DNA of 62,992 bases, filler included, from Octopus bimaculoides (Eukaryota): NCBI RefSeq assembly GCF_001194135.2. It is 3 parts of 3 records of this genome, joined end to end, with 100 filler letters (N's around TTAATTAATTAA, not from the genome) between each part and the next. Parts side by side here need not be neighbours in the genome. Positions count along the whole stretch, not along the records: positions 30,602 to 56,648 come from NC_068982.1; positions 56,749 to 62,992 come from NC_068983.1; 1 more part is not named here. The stretch is one strand, 5' to 3'. The notes under the pieces were generated by a model. That model had not been told where the DNA came from and did no database searches. It saw only the letters and a program-made list of their open reading frames with translations. Position 1 is the stretch's first letter. Every line of letters starts with the position of its first letter. Both the position numbers and the translations under genes were made by a program. This document shows positions 48,004 through 60,640 of this stretch, in pieces.

Positions 48004-50587
48004 TGAATGCATGCATGTATGTATATATGTCCATCGTTGAACAAGTTACTGTGGTATTCGTATCGAGATAACATCTCCAACGGACGAGCTTCCAAACAGT
48101 TTCCGTCTTCGAAAATTCCAACCACAAGTTATTGGTTAATCCAAGGATATGATTAAAAACATTTGCCGAAGATTAGAGCTAATCCGGAAACACGCGATAT
48201 TTAAGCAAACTGCCCATCCATAATGTCAATAGCAGTAACTGAGAGTTTCGAGAAAGGTTGTCAATGAATTTGGTTGCTATTTCTAGTAGCGACACTGACC
48301 ACATAGACTACTGTCTTCTTGATACACAAAAATTGCCGTTTAAACGTAATAACATGAAGCGTATTTACTAGTATAAGGGAGGTAATTTCCATTTCGGTGT
48401 TAGTGTGATTGCTTCCCTTGGACTATCCGCTTTCTGAATATGCCTGCACATTGCCTTCTAAATATTGTAGTCTTGGAGACATGTTGCCTTTAAATTTTAC
48501 TACACCATTTCTTACAGTATCATCCTCATTTATATATGACTAGTACTGTCAAACCAACTTTGTTCCCCGCGCAAATGTTGTCCGTTCACATCACTTACTA
48601 ATATAAGTGCATCCACGAGCCAACGAGAGTCTCCCGTCGTTACACGATCTGCTAGATATAGCAGTCAAATCTCCCTTAAATTGCATCAATAGTCTTAAAG
48701 AGGACATGTATTATATGGAATGGTCACAGCTGGAATGCCTTCGATCGTAGGTGTGCTTAAGAAAGGGCTGACTTGAAGCTAAACAATAACAACAACTAGC
48801 TTCAATGATAAGCTCGCTTATGATCTAACTTTCATTCCAGTTAACCTTACACATCTAATAGACTGACCCACAACTCGTGTCTCTCAGATCTTCCAAATTC
48901 AATGTCTATATCTCATTATCTTCGATGGAGCACCACAATTCTTAGACAGACTTTCTACAATCGATAATTTTGCTTTAAGAAATGTTTACATCGCCTTTTT
49001 CTTTAACAAGACAACGTTATTTTAAATTCATCTATTAAGCATTCCTTCCAATCACAACACATTCACCATTGAACGTGTATAGACTGCATGCTCAGGGTCG
49101 AGCTGACACCTTTGACAGAAATACTTTATCGTGCTTCCTTGAACAAGTTGTCTAACCTGACATCAAGCTCGAAGCTGTGACTCCAACAAACTGCGGTCAC
49201 ACTACAAATTATAGAGGACGGCCGTCACACTACAGATTATAGAAGACGGCCAGCATTGTGCAATTCAGACGCATTTATTTTTGTCTAATTCATGTACAGA
49301 TTAAGTCATCACATGATGTGATGGTCATCCACAATACTGAACAAACAAGCTATAATACCAATATTTTCAAGTGTGGAAAACCCTTAAACTAACAGTCTGT
49401 TTCAATGCCAGTAATATTACATATTTGGAACGTGGTGTATTTATGTATATTCAATAGAAATAGCCTTTCCTATATATTTACAATATCGATTTCTGACATA
49501 AGCACGAATCCTCAACTTTAGAGCGGGGATATTCGCTTATATCAATATCTGTACTTGATTTAGTTTGAAAATTTAATAAGGGTAGAAATTGATATTAGTC
49601 AATTAAAACCAGTGGTCTAGCATATTTTAAAAAAATCCGAAGATTAAAATTATATTACATACAAAATTAAGAGGAATAATTATTTCATATATTTTCATTT
49701 GTCTTGCCCTTTTACGGTCTGGTGTCTCGCTGAAATTTTTTTCTTGAGAACATATTCTTCGTGGTTAGGTGATTCGGCATCTATTTCTAGCATATAGGAG
49801 TCCACTTTTGCTGGTCATTCCTCTTGATTTAGTTTGTGTAGTTTATATTGCAACTGGTGAACAATAGCCTCGTTGGTTAATGGTTCTCAACAGCCAGCCA
49901 CTGGTTCATTGCATTTCAAACGATGAGAAATAAGGAGGCATCTTTAACTCGGTGGATTTGTTTTTCGTTAGTTTACTTTCTTCACTAATATTCTTCAAGA
50001 AATATAGATAAAACTGAAACCTAATAAGACTGAAACATGCTTTGGCAGAAATACTTTACCGTGCTTCCATGAACAAGTTGTCCNNNNNNNNNNNNNNNNN
50101 NNNNNNNNNNNNNNNNNNNNNNNNNNNNNNNNNNNNNNNNNNNNNNNNNNNNNNNNNNNNNNNNNNNNNNNNNNNNNNNNNNNNNNNNNNNNNNNNNNNN
50201 NNNNNNNNNNNNNNNNNNNNNNNNNNNNNNNNNNNNNNNNNNNNNNNNNNNNNNNNNNNNNNNNNNNNNNNNNNNNNNNNNNNNNNNNNNNNNNNNNNNN
50301 NNNNNNNNNNNNNNNNNNNNNNNNNNNNNNNNNNNNNNNNNNNNNNNNNNNNNNNNNNNNNNNNNNNNNNNNNNNNNNNNNNNNNNNNNNNNNNNNNNNN
50401 NNNNNNNNNNNNNNNNNNNNNNNNNNNNNNNNNNNNNNNNNNNNNNNNNNNNNNNNNNNNNNNNNNNNNNNNNNNNNNNNNNNNNNNNNNNNNNNNNNNN
50501 NNNNNNNNNNNNNNNNNNNNNNNNNNNNNNNNNNNNNNNNNNNNNNNNNNNNNNNNNNNNNNNNNNNNATATATATATATATATACT

Positions 50588-50780
50588 ACAGGCTTACTTC
50601 AGTTTCCATCTACGAAATCCACTCACTAGGATTTGGTCGGCTCGGGGATATTAGTATACACATTATTTCATTGTGATATACTTATACAGTGTATTATGAT
50701 AACATAGAAGTGCCACGCAGTGGGGCTGAACCCAGAACCATGTAGTAAGGAAGCAGACTTCTTATCACGCAGCCACGCCG
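50588..50780 (-). mobile_element. tRNA-derived SINE, third family (related copies ~34150-34350 -, 35975-36115 -, 36600-36790 +, 48060-48200 -, 52725-52890 +)
   Basis: Reverse complement GGCGTGGCTGCGTGATAAGAAG...GGGTTCAGCCCCACTGCGTGGCAC...GAAACTGAAG is shared among copies. Confidence 0.75.
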
Positions 50781-51259
50781 AGACTGATTTTTTTTTTTTT
50801 TACATACAACCTTCACGCTTCACCGCCCACCTAAAATAACTCAATTCATGCCACTGAACCATTTAAGATATTTTCCTTATTATGCAAATCATATTTGTTA
50901 AAATTCTGAGTTTCTACAAGTAAGAATCTCTGTCCACTGATCTAAGCAGGCTGGAAAGTATGCTTCACTAATGAGTTCTAGCAAAACTGGAATATAACAG
51001 CAGTCGTCATCTCATCTGATAAGAAAAAAATTCCCAAGATTACTTCTAAACTTGAAAACTTAGTATTCTATGCAATTCTAAAATTCTTGAAATGTTTACC
51101 CGTCTTCTTTGAGAGTCAATAATATGCATCATTAGGTCTTTGTTTTCTTTCTCCAACTAAAAGTAACTTTCAATATATCTGAAATGCTTGTGTCTACCGT
51201 TCAGAATGTCACCACCTATCTGAATTGCTGTACTGCTGTGGCATGTTTATGAGCAAGAT

Positions 51260-52260
51260 AAACAGTGTATTGTCACTATACAACTAAACAATCTATTGTT
51301 GTGGTACAGATATTAAGCAGCCATACATTGTATTGTTATGGTACAGTAATACATACATTGCACAATTGTACAACAGTTCTGTACAACAACAATACAATGT
51401 ACAGCTGTAATTGTACACACATTATATCATTGTGGTATACTTATATAGTGTATTATGATAACATAGTTATCGCACAACCATACATAGTTGTTGTATAGCT
51501 CATATTGTACTATCGTGATATTGTTGCTATACAACTATACATTGTATTGTAGTAATGGTATAGCTAGTATATATATATATATTGTACAGTTGTGGTACAG
51601 TATACATTGTTCTGTCACAGTAAAGTTATTTATTTCTTTATTGCCCACAGGNNNNNNNNNNNNNNNNNNNNNNNNNNNNNNNATAGAGAGGACAAACAAT
51701 GGATTAAGTCGATTACATCGACCCCAGTGCGTAACTGGTACTTATTTAATTAACTTCGGCAGAATTTGAACTCAAAACGTAACGGCAGACGAAATACCAC
51801 TAAGCATTTTGCCCGGCATGCTAATGATTCTGCCAGCTTGCTGTTGTGGTAAAGTTATTATACAGCCATACATTGTGTTGCGATATTATTATTAATCAAC
51901 TAGCCCTCTCCCTAGAAATTTCAGATTCTGTGCCTATAGTAGAAAGGATTGTTATACAATAAACATTGTATGGTTGTGGTATACATCCTACTGGCGTGTT
52001 AGTTACTATACCCAGAGCTATCTTAGAAGCATTGTAGGTCCCCAGGAAAACCAGTGCACTGAGCCCTGTATTTATTTATTGACAGAAAGCCACAGCATAC
52101 ATAGATCAGAATTAGACCCCTAGAGCTGTGGGGCTCCCAGGCAACTTATTAAGCTATATATTATACTGCTATGGTACAGCTATTTTAAAGCTATACATGT
52201 ACTGTTGTGGTACAGTTATACAGCTGTACATAGTATAAAGCTATATATTACATTGTTATT
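51260..52260. repeat. Old degenerate minisatellite (TTGTGGTACAG / ATACATTGTATTG motifs) split by a SINE
   Basis: The motifs recur many times with variation on both sides of the SINE. Confidence 0.6.
51631..51848 (-). mobile_element. tRNA-derived SINE (first family) with 11-bp TSD GTAAAGTTATT
   Basis: TSD at 51620-51630 and 51849-51859; further copies at ~59180-59310 (+), 61260-61468 (-), 57880-58000 (-). Confidence 0.8.
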
Positions 52261-52896
52261 TTATATGTATTTCTGATAATCTGGGCATAGACATAGAATT
52301 TTCAGGCCCTACTAGATATGCCGAAAGAGATCAACAGCTTGATTAAAATATTTAGTTTGAACAATTACAGGTTGATAGTTGGACAGAAAATACAATTCGT
52401 AGATCAAAGAGCTGAAGTAAAAAGGAAAGGCCAAAGCAGGAACAAGACAACTATTATTATATTTCACTTAAGTCTGTTGACTAAGATATCTTCTTAAATG
52501 TCTAGATTTATAAAGCGCAACACTGTTATAGAGAGGTAGGTTTAGTATGTTAAACATGTCTTGACACAACTGTTCATACAAAGCTAGATGAAGAAGTCGC
52601 TTGTTGTGGATAACAGTGAATCTGTATATTCCAGACTTGAAGGAATAACTATGTTATTATAGCAAAAGTCTAGTTTGGGAGCTAATTAAATCTGTAGAAT
52701 CATTATTTTAAATGTCAATTATAGGTGCAGGTAAGACTGTGTGGTAAGAAGTTTGCTTCCCAACCACATGGTTCTAAGTTCATTCCCAATGCAGAGCACC
52801 TTGGACAAGTATTTTCTACTATAGCGCCTGCCAACCAAAGCCTTGTGAGAGGACTTGGAAGACAGAAACTGAAAAGAAGCCCATCATTATATATAT

Positions 52897-53098
52897 ACCG
52901 CCTGACTGGCCTTCATGCCGGTGGCATGTAAAAGCACCCACTACACTCTCTGAGTGGTTGGCATTAGGAAGGGCATCCAGCTGTAGAAACTGCCAAATCA
53001 GATTGGAGCCTAGTGTAGCCATCTGGTTCACCAGTCCTCAGTCAAATCGTCCAACCCATGCTAGCATGGAAAGCAGACGTTAAACGATGATGATGATA
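52897..53098 (+). mobile_element. Isolated RTE 3' tail
   Basis: Near-identical to 25760-25979, ends CGTTAAAC(GAT)n. Confidence 0.85.
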
Positions 53099-55149
53099 TA
53101 TATATATATATATATGCTTGTCTCCATGTCTTGACATCGTACAATAGTTATAAAATGATTCTCACTCTCATACAAGTGTTTTCATTTCCAGTAGCAAAGT
53201 CTAGCATTGGGGAAATATTAATTTGCTTGGAAACCAGTGAGGATTGGTAACAAGGGCACCCAACCATAGGAAACCTGCATCAATAAACCTTGTCTAACCC
53301 ATATAAGCAAGGAAACTTAGATATTAAAATGATGATGAATTCTCCTCACTTATGATGATGGCTTGGGTTGAACTGTTATACGAGATTATTGCTAATCATC
53401 TTAATCTTTCACCATCTCTTTGAGACAAAGCTTCCTGAGATCTAGCCTCACCATTCCTGCAATCAACTTTCATACTCATTAACATTCCACAGCACTTCTT
53501 CAAAAAGTACTTAACATCATGTGTCACTGCTACCTTTAACCCTTCAGCATTCAGATTAATCTGTCTAATGTAATACTTTTATATTCACATTACTACAAGA
53601 TAATGAATGATTAATTCAAAGCAATGAAATTTTGATGATGTGATTGTTTGTTTTTAGAATGACATTGTAGATTGGGTGTGAGAGGCCAGATAGAAGATAA
53701 AATAAGTAGAATATTTGGACCAAATATAGACAGTTTAAATGCTAAAGGGTTAATACCTTGTTCTCCCAGTTCACTTGTGCTCAGCATTTCATGCAAATTA
53801 ACAAATATATTGAACATATTTACCTCTTCTTCTCCAGGCCTTCTACATTCAGTGTTTAGATTTAACAAGACAGCATCACAATATATATAGATACATAGTA
53901 TGTACTGTCTCAAGTCCAAGGACTCAGGGTTGCTTACCTGGTTTCCATGGTGTGTAAGTGACCAAAATCACAACTTTCCCCTCTGAAAAGGACACCAGTC
54001 CATCGTAGGGTTACTCATTTATAGCTGAGTAGACTGGAGTAATGTGAAAGGAAATGTTTTGCTCAAGGACACAACACACTACCCAATCCAGGAACTGAAA
54101 CTATGATTTTCCAGTTGGGAGTGCAATGCCCTAACCACAAGGCCATATGACTTCACACACACACACACACGATCTGCTTGTTACCAACAAGGATAGTACT
54201 CTCAAATTCAACTGCCCCTTATTTTCCCATATCTACTGTTTTCATGTAGTTCTCTGAAATATTAGTGTCCTCTTTTCTCACTAACTTCCCTACATCCAAC
54301 CACAGATTACTAAGATAATAGAAACTATCAACTACAACTAGTGATTCTGATCAACATTTCTCAGACATCAATTCAAAAAGGTACCCCTACAGCTGAACTA
54401 CACCTCAAGCCCTGCTCTTCTGTCAGCCTTACAGCATAACACTGTGTAACATTTTTTTTTTTTTGTCTTTGGTCAATAAGTCTTATTTCCTAAGTACATC
54501 TTTCTAGAAATCAAAGGAAATGACTACTATTCTCTTCAAACTTTGCTTTTGTGACCTGGACATCAATGTTTTGAAACTGATCTATTTTTCATTACATTTC
54601 AGGCAGATTTAGCACTGAGTGAACAGAAATATCATTATACAAAATATTATGTTCAGTACCACAGATTTACTTGTCAGTTGCTTGACTGTAACTACTTGAG
54701 CATGTCACTTAGTGGTTGACAATATGTGCATCTCTGATCATGAGCAGGAATAGTGGGGGAGCATCATAGCCATGTGTGGAGAAGGATTCTTTGAGGTTTG
54801 AATAAATGTAAAAAAAAGCAAAGTTTGAAGAAGATATTAGCCATTATTCATACTTTCTAGAGGTGAGCAAATAGAAAATAACAGTTGCTACCCAAGGACA
54901 CAAATCATGTTACACAGTGTAATTTTTGTATACTCACAGCGTACAGCATGTATACTGTATAACAAATCTATACACCAAGCAGCAACACTTGTACAGCAGA
55001 TTGTGCAAAGATTTCATGCTCTTTCTCTTACTAACTACTACAACACATAAAGTTCAATAAAATAGAAACAATACCAGTATTAAAGACAGTGAGGGTTTAG
55101 ATACTAAGTTTCTATTATTTATTTCCACAAAACATAATGGTAATGACTG

Positions 55150-55354
55150 TTCAACAGGTTTTGTATGATAAAAAAAAAAAAACTTTTTAATGAAAAAAAA
55201 ATTTCCTTCATTTACAAAAGAATGAGTGTATGTGTATATATATATAATACACTATATGCTTATATATATAATTTAGAATATATATATGTATGTATGTATG
55301 TATATATATATTAGAGTATATATGTATATTATATATATATATATACATACATAC

Positions 55355-55419
<65 letters not shown>

Positions 55420-56455
55420 TATATATATATACACATACACATATATATATATACACACACATACATAAATGTGTATGTATATACACACACATACATAATA
55501 TATATTTGTGCACATACACAATTTACATGAAACTTAGAACTGCCACATTAAATTCTAAGACAAGGATTTCAACAAAACAATTTTGCAAATATGAAAATTA
55601 AGAGACATGTGTCGAATCTCCTACAGAAGACTGTCTTTTGTGGGGGTTTTTTTTTTCTTTCTTTTTTCTATACTATTTTTGTTGGCTGGATACATATCCC
55701 ATTCCACAAAGAATTTTACTCACAAACTTTCTTAAAATCACTATCTAATTTTTGTTTTTCAAAAAAAAAAAGAAAAAATTTAAATTACTTTCAGTATTTA
55801 ATAAAACCTATGAATTTTCAATAATGACAAATAATTTATTTTATCAATTCCAGTTTAAACAATGATTTAGTTATGTATAAATCATACAAGTTTACATGAT
55901 TCCAACTATCATTACGTACTTTGGATATATTCTCTATCTCTTATATATATATAACCACAAAATATACTTGAAAGTAACTGGTAAGTGTAACAGTGTTGTA
56001 AGAAAAAAAAAAATCACAAATCAAAATGAAATGTTACTTTCAATCAAATCTTAATTAAACTGAATAAAAAATTTTTAACTGTTTACTTAAAAATAACATG
56101 AAGAGTATAAATCATACTGAGAAATAGTTATTAAAAATGTTTGATACCATGGCCAAAGCCATCATGAATACAACAAACTAATGTGTATGTATATATAAAT
56201 AATGTGTGTTATTTTCGTATTTTTGTGGTAACAAACTAATAAAACACTACACAACAATAGGGTAGAGTATGTAAATTAGTGTGAAAAATCTCATCACTGA
56301 CACCTTCGGTTTCCTGTCGATAGAGTTGGCCTGCTGACATTCTTTCAGCTTCTTCTGAGTTATGGCTTACAGCCAGGCCTCGAACCAAGTAAACATTATA
56401 TCAGTAGACCAATTTTAATGATGGGAAACTCAAGGTATCAGTGACAAGAATTAAT

Positions 56456-56530
<75 letters not shown>

Positions 56531-56650
56531 CATTTCTTACTTAAAAGTTCATGACACTTTGTTGTAATATAGGTTTGATATATGCATCCAGTGAACAAAC
56601 CAAAACTACTACAGCAAAACTAAAAGCCAGTATTTGATAGAGATACTANN
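55150..56650 (-). other. Possible 3' UTR / terminal exon of a neighbouring minus-strand gene
   Basis: TE-free, UTR-like AT-rich sequence; the minus strand reads TTTGTAAATGAAGG...CATTAAAAAG (ATTAAA signal) near 55185. No coding exon confirmed. Confidence 0.3.
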
Positions 56651-57499
56651 NNNNNNNNNNNNNNNNNNNNNNNNNNNNNNNNNNNNNNNNNNTTAATTAA
56701 TTAANNNNNNNNNNNNNNNNNNNNNNNNNNNNNNNNNNNNNNNNNNNNCCAAAGCTCTACTTTGTAATGTGTCCATTTTCTGTATTTAGCCCTGTGTGGC
56801 TATAATAAAAAGATATCTATTTATCTATCTATCTAACCATCTATGTATCTTTCTAATCGGTCTACATTTCCTGAATGCATGTTCATATTTATTCTCATTT
56901 CTGTTAACAGCACGATTACTGCCCGCTTCCATTGTCAGGGTATATTAGTGACCCATTGGAGAAGTATCTGATACGTGATCTTGCGTGAGATATTGACTCA
57001 TTTCAGTTACCAGTTGCACATCGGTATTCTGATACCTGTGCAAGTTTTACGTCAATTTAGTTCGCATATATATCTTTTGACCATTTTGAGGATGTTTTGT
57101 GCTATTCTCTCTTTTGTTTAGTGTTTTGTTTGTGTAATATTCTTGTGCATGACATAGATTCTCTTTTGGTGTAAGTTTTCTCAAGTGTTTTATGATTTTG
57201 AATATTCTGACTGGGGTGTATTAAAATGTCAACGTTTTGAGTATGGAGAGCAGTGTTTCTGAATGTGGATAGTACCGTCTCCAGTGGTGGGGAGTGTTGG
57301 TAAATTTCCTAGGAGTATCGGAATAGAAGAAGCGGCAGATGATTGCTGCATGATTCTGTGCAAATATCTTGAACTTATTAGATGTAATATGATCAACTGC
57401 TTGATAGCCACAATCAGAACAACAAGCAATAATAACAATAAGAGTAGCAACACGAATGACAATAATTGATTTTGAAATATAAATATTTAAATAAGCAAA

Positions 57500-57543
<44 letters not shown>

Positions 57544-57656
57544 ACACTTATGTATGAAAATCATAAAGAAGAATAAAATGCATTCCCAAAATTTGGGAAA
57601 TTTCCAGACATAGGGTGTCACTGCATCTACAGCATTAAGTAACTACCTGAACTGTG

Positions 57657-57714
<58 letters not shown>

Positions 57715-60220
57715 TATGTGTGTGGATGCGTGAGCGTGTGTGTATACATATGCAAATATCCATATTTGAACGTTGTTGATTTTAGGAAAGTCATATGCCA
57801 TCTCTTAATCTCATAATTTATCATCACTTATAGATTTTGGTTTCGAATTTTGACAGTAAGGCCAGCAAGTTCAGGAGGAGTAGCAACTCGATTATATCTG
57901 CCCCAAAGCTGAAACGATACTTATTTTACCGATCCCGAAAGATGAATGTCAAAATCAGAATTTGAACTCACAACACAGAGGGACAAAATACCGGTAGGCA
58001 TTTTAACCCCTGTAAATTGACACAAAAATCAACAAATGTGTGTGGACAATTAGAAACCACAACTATGGAGGTGTATACGAAATACACAAAGAATACATAT
58101 GTATCGTGCCTTCGGTGCAGTCACACGCTTAAGGTGTATGCAATAATTAAGCTCAAATGGCAATGCGTCAACCATTTACTTTAATACTTTAGTGCTTTGG
58201 GAAGTAGAAAACCGCATCAAGTAATATTCAGAACAGAATTACTTCGACTTCATTGCGTGTAAGTAGATTGAAATCGACGGGTCATTGAATCATAGCTAGT
58301 AGTTGTTGAAAATGTGTCAATTTAATTACAGCCTCGATAGTTACAAAAATGTTTGAGAAGCACTGGTGAAAAATATTTTGTAATCTGTGATATTTTGCTG
58401 TGTATTAGTTTTGTAGAGTATGTGTTGCGTTGGCTGTTTCCTATTTTAACTCTGGCCAGGATTAGTATTCGTATGTGCCGTGTGAGTGTGTTATTGGTTT
58501 CGGTATCGGATGTAAATCCTCTAAATTATGTGATATATGGCTGTGATACGAGCTACATTATTGGGCTGGGTGACGATTGTGAAGAATGTCTAACGTATGA
58601 AAGCTAAAGTAACAAACACGATCACTTGTGTGTGAGTGTGCGCGCATGTACGCACCAACACCCACCTCTAGAAAACGTAATCGTGCTTGATATATGCAGT
58701 GACTTGGGTAACATAGAAACAGCATGCAATATTTACCAACTGTACAAATATATCATAATATAAGTGAATTTTTAGGTGAATTGACCTGAGTTTTTCACGC
58801 ATCATTTTGTATTTTATAGACATAAAACAGTACTTCTTGCATTTTTTGTTAATCTTACGTATGTGATGCGTAAATAATGATTCATGAGCAAATAAGAGGG
58901 CCTGTGGTTATTATTTACTGTTTTATTGCATATTTTATAAACAGAAAAATGTCCTATTTTATTGCATGTTTTATAAACAGGAATAAAACATACTTTAGAA
59001 TATTTTTAGGCATTCGGCAAGTCGAGCTTGTCTTTTTTACACGGCTGGATCGGTGGGTGTTGCTTGTGTACATATTGGTCAAATTTATCTACACTCACAC
59101 ATATACATAAACATGTATGTATGTATGTATATATGCATGTATGTATGTATGTTCTGGTATATTATGAACCGTTTGAAGGCGGCGAACTGGCAGAAACGTT
59201 AGCACACAGGGCGAAATGTTTAGCGGTATTTCACCTGTCTTTATGTTCTGAGTTCAAATTCCACCGAGGTCGACTTTGCTTTTCGTCCTTTCGGTGTTTA
59301 TAAATTAAGTACCAGTTTTGTAACAGAGGTACAAACCTGGAGGAATTGATTTCGAATAGAGATACCCATTTGATTTCTAACAGAGTTGCATAATTTCCAG
59401 CATTGCTGGAATTTATGTAACAATAACGAATTCACATTGTAAACTTGATAACATTTTGATTTATTTTTTGTTAGAAGTTGGGGGAATCTTAGTCCATCTA
59501 GATTTTCACTTAATCACTTACTCACAAAATCGAATGCACCACTTATTCTTAGTATATATTTGAAGATATAGTCTCGATGTAGACGCTGAAAGTTTTGAAG
59601 CAGTTTTCCATAGTTATTGTCTTACTCTAATTTTCGAAGTGATAATCACGTCAGCTGGACAGCTGATATCTATCATGTTACATGATTTTTCGTGTCCCAA
59701 ACAATTTCCGGGCTCTTGACAGTAATTTTAATGGAAATGATACTCCAATATTCCTTGTGTTTATTTGTTTTAAGTAACAGGGGCGTTCTCTAAATGTATC
59801 TTAGGGCAATCTTTTTTATACGGATAGCATTGTATATTGTCTTAGCATTCTATGCTGTCGTCTCGTATAGGGAGGTAGAACCTAGATGACATTTCGTGCA
59901 GCGGCTAATCACATATGTGATGTCTTATAATCTACACTTTCGTTTGCATCTTGGGTTTCCATGGGCTTTACTGTCATTTTTGTTCCTTACGTAACACTAA
60001 TATTTTCTTGGACTGAAAATGCATACCCTTCAAAGTGCGATGTGATGTAGGGATCACGAGTCCTAGAGAGGCTGATGTTACTGCCTTCTTCATGTCTTTG
60101 TGAAACATACGCATGCGCAGCCTTCGTTTAGCATGCCGTGCGTTTCATACCCAGGTTTTCTTTGACGTATGTTAATCCGGCTGATCAGGGCTTTTATGTG
60201 AGGTCATTAGGAAGGTGCTC

Positions 60221-60265
<45 letters not shown>

Positions 60266-60305
60266 GAAAGAGAGAGAGAGAAAGAGATAGAGAGAGAAGG
60301 AGAGA

Positions 60306-60357
<52 letters not shown>

Positions 60358-60374
60358 AAGTGAGAGAGAGATTA

Positions 60375-60640
60375 TACGACGTTCGAAATCTGTTTGCACT
60401 GATCTCAAGCCTCTAACTCCTTCATCTCTTCTCTTGCACAAACTGTCAATATCACATCTTCCGTGTATATGACCAGGCGATGTCAGAATCTTGTGTGTTT
60501 TTATGTCTGTGGAGTCGATTTGCTCTACAGACCACTCAAATATTCAAAATGCTGGACTTAGTACGGATACAGCTCAAACATTGAGAAAAGTTCCAACTGT
60601 CATGGAAGATTCTCGCATCAATCCCTCTTTATTCACAACA
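60375..60640 (-). mobile_element. RT C-terminal fragment of an RLE-type (R4/Dong-like) non-LTR retrotransposon
   Basis: LNV*AVSVLSPAF*IFEWSVEQIDSTDIKTHKILTSPGHIHGRCDIDSLCKRRDEGVRGLRSVQ, cf. consensus INTWAVPVL.Y.FG...W...EL..ID.KTRK.LT....HP..D.DRLY..R..GGRGL. Abuts (GA)n. Confidence 0.8.

Noticed and set aside
53838-53890. Strong plus-strand acceptor followed by GLLHSVFRFNKTASQYI*
   Set aside because: 23 kb from the array, phase ambiguous, no supporting motif; indistinguishable from chance.
56870-57420. Decayed retroelement-like sequence
   Set aside because: Weak resemblance to different element types on opposite strands; cannot be assigned without a profile search.
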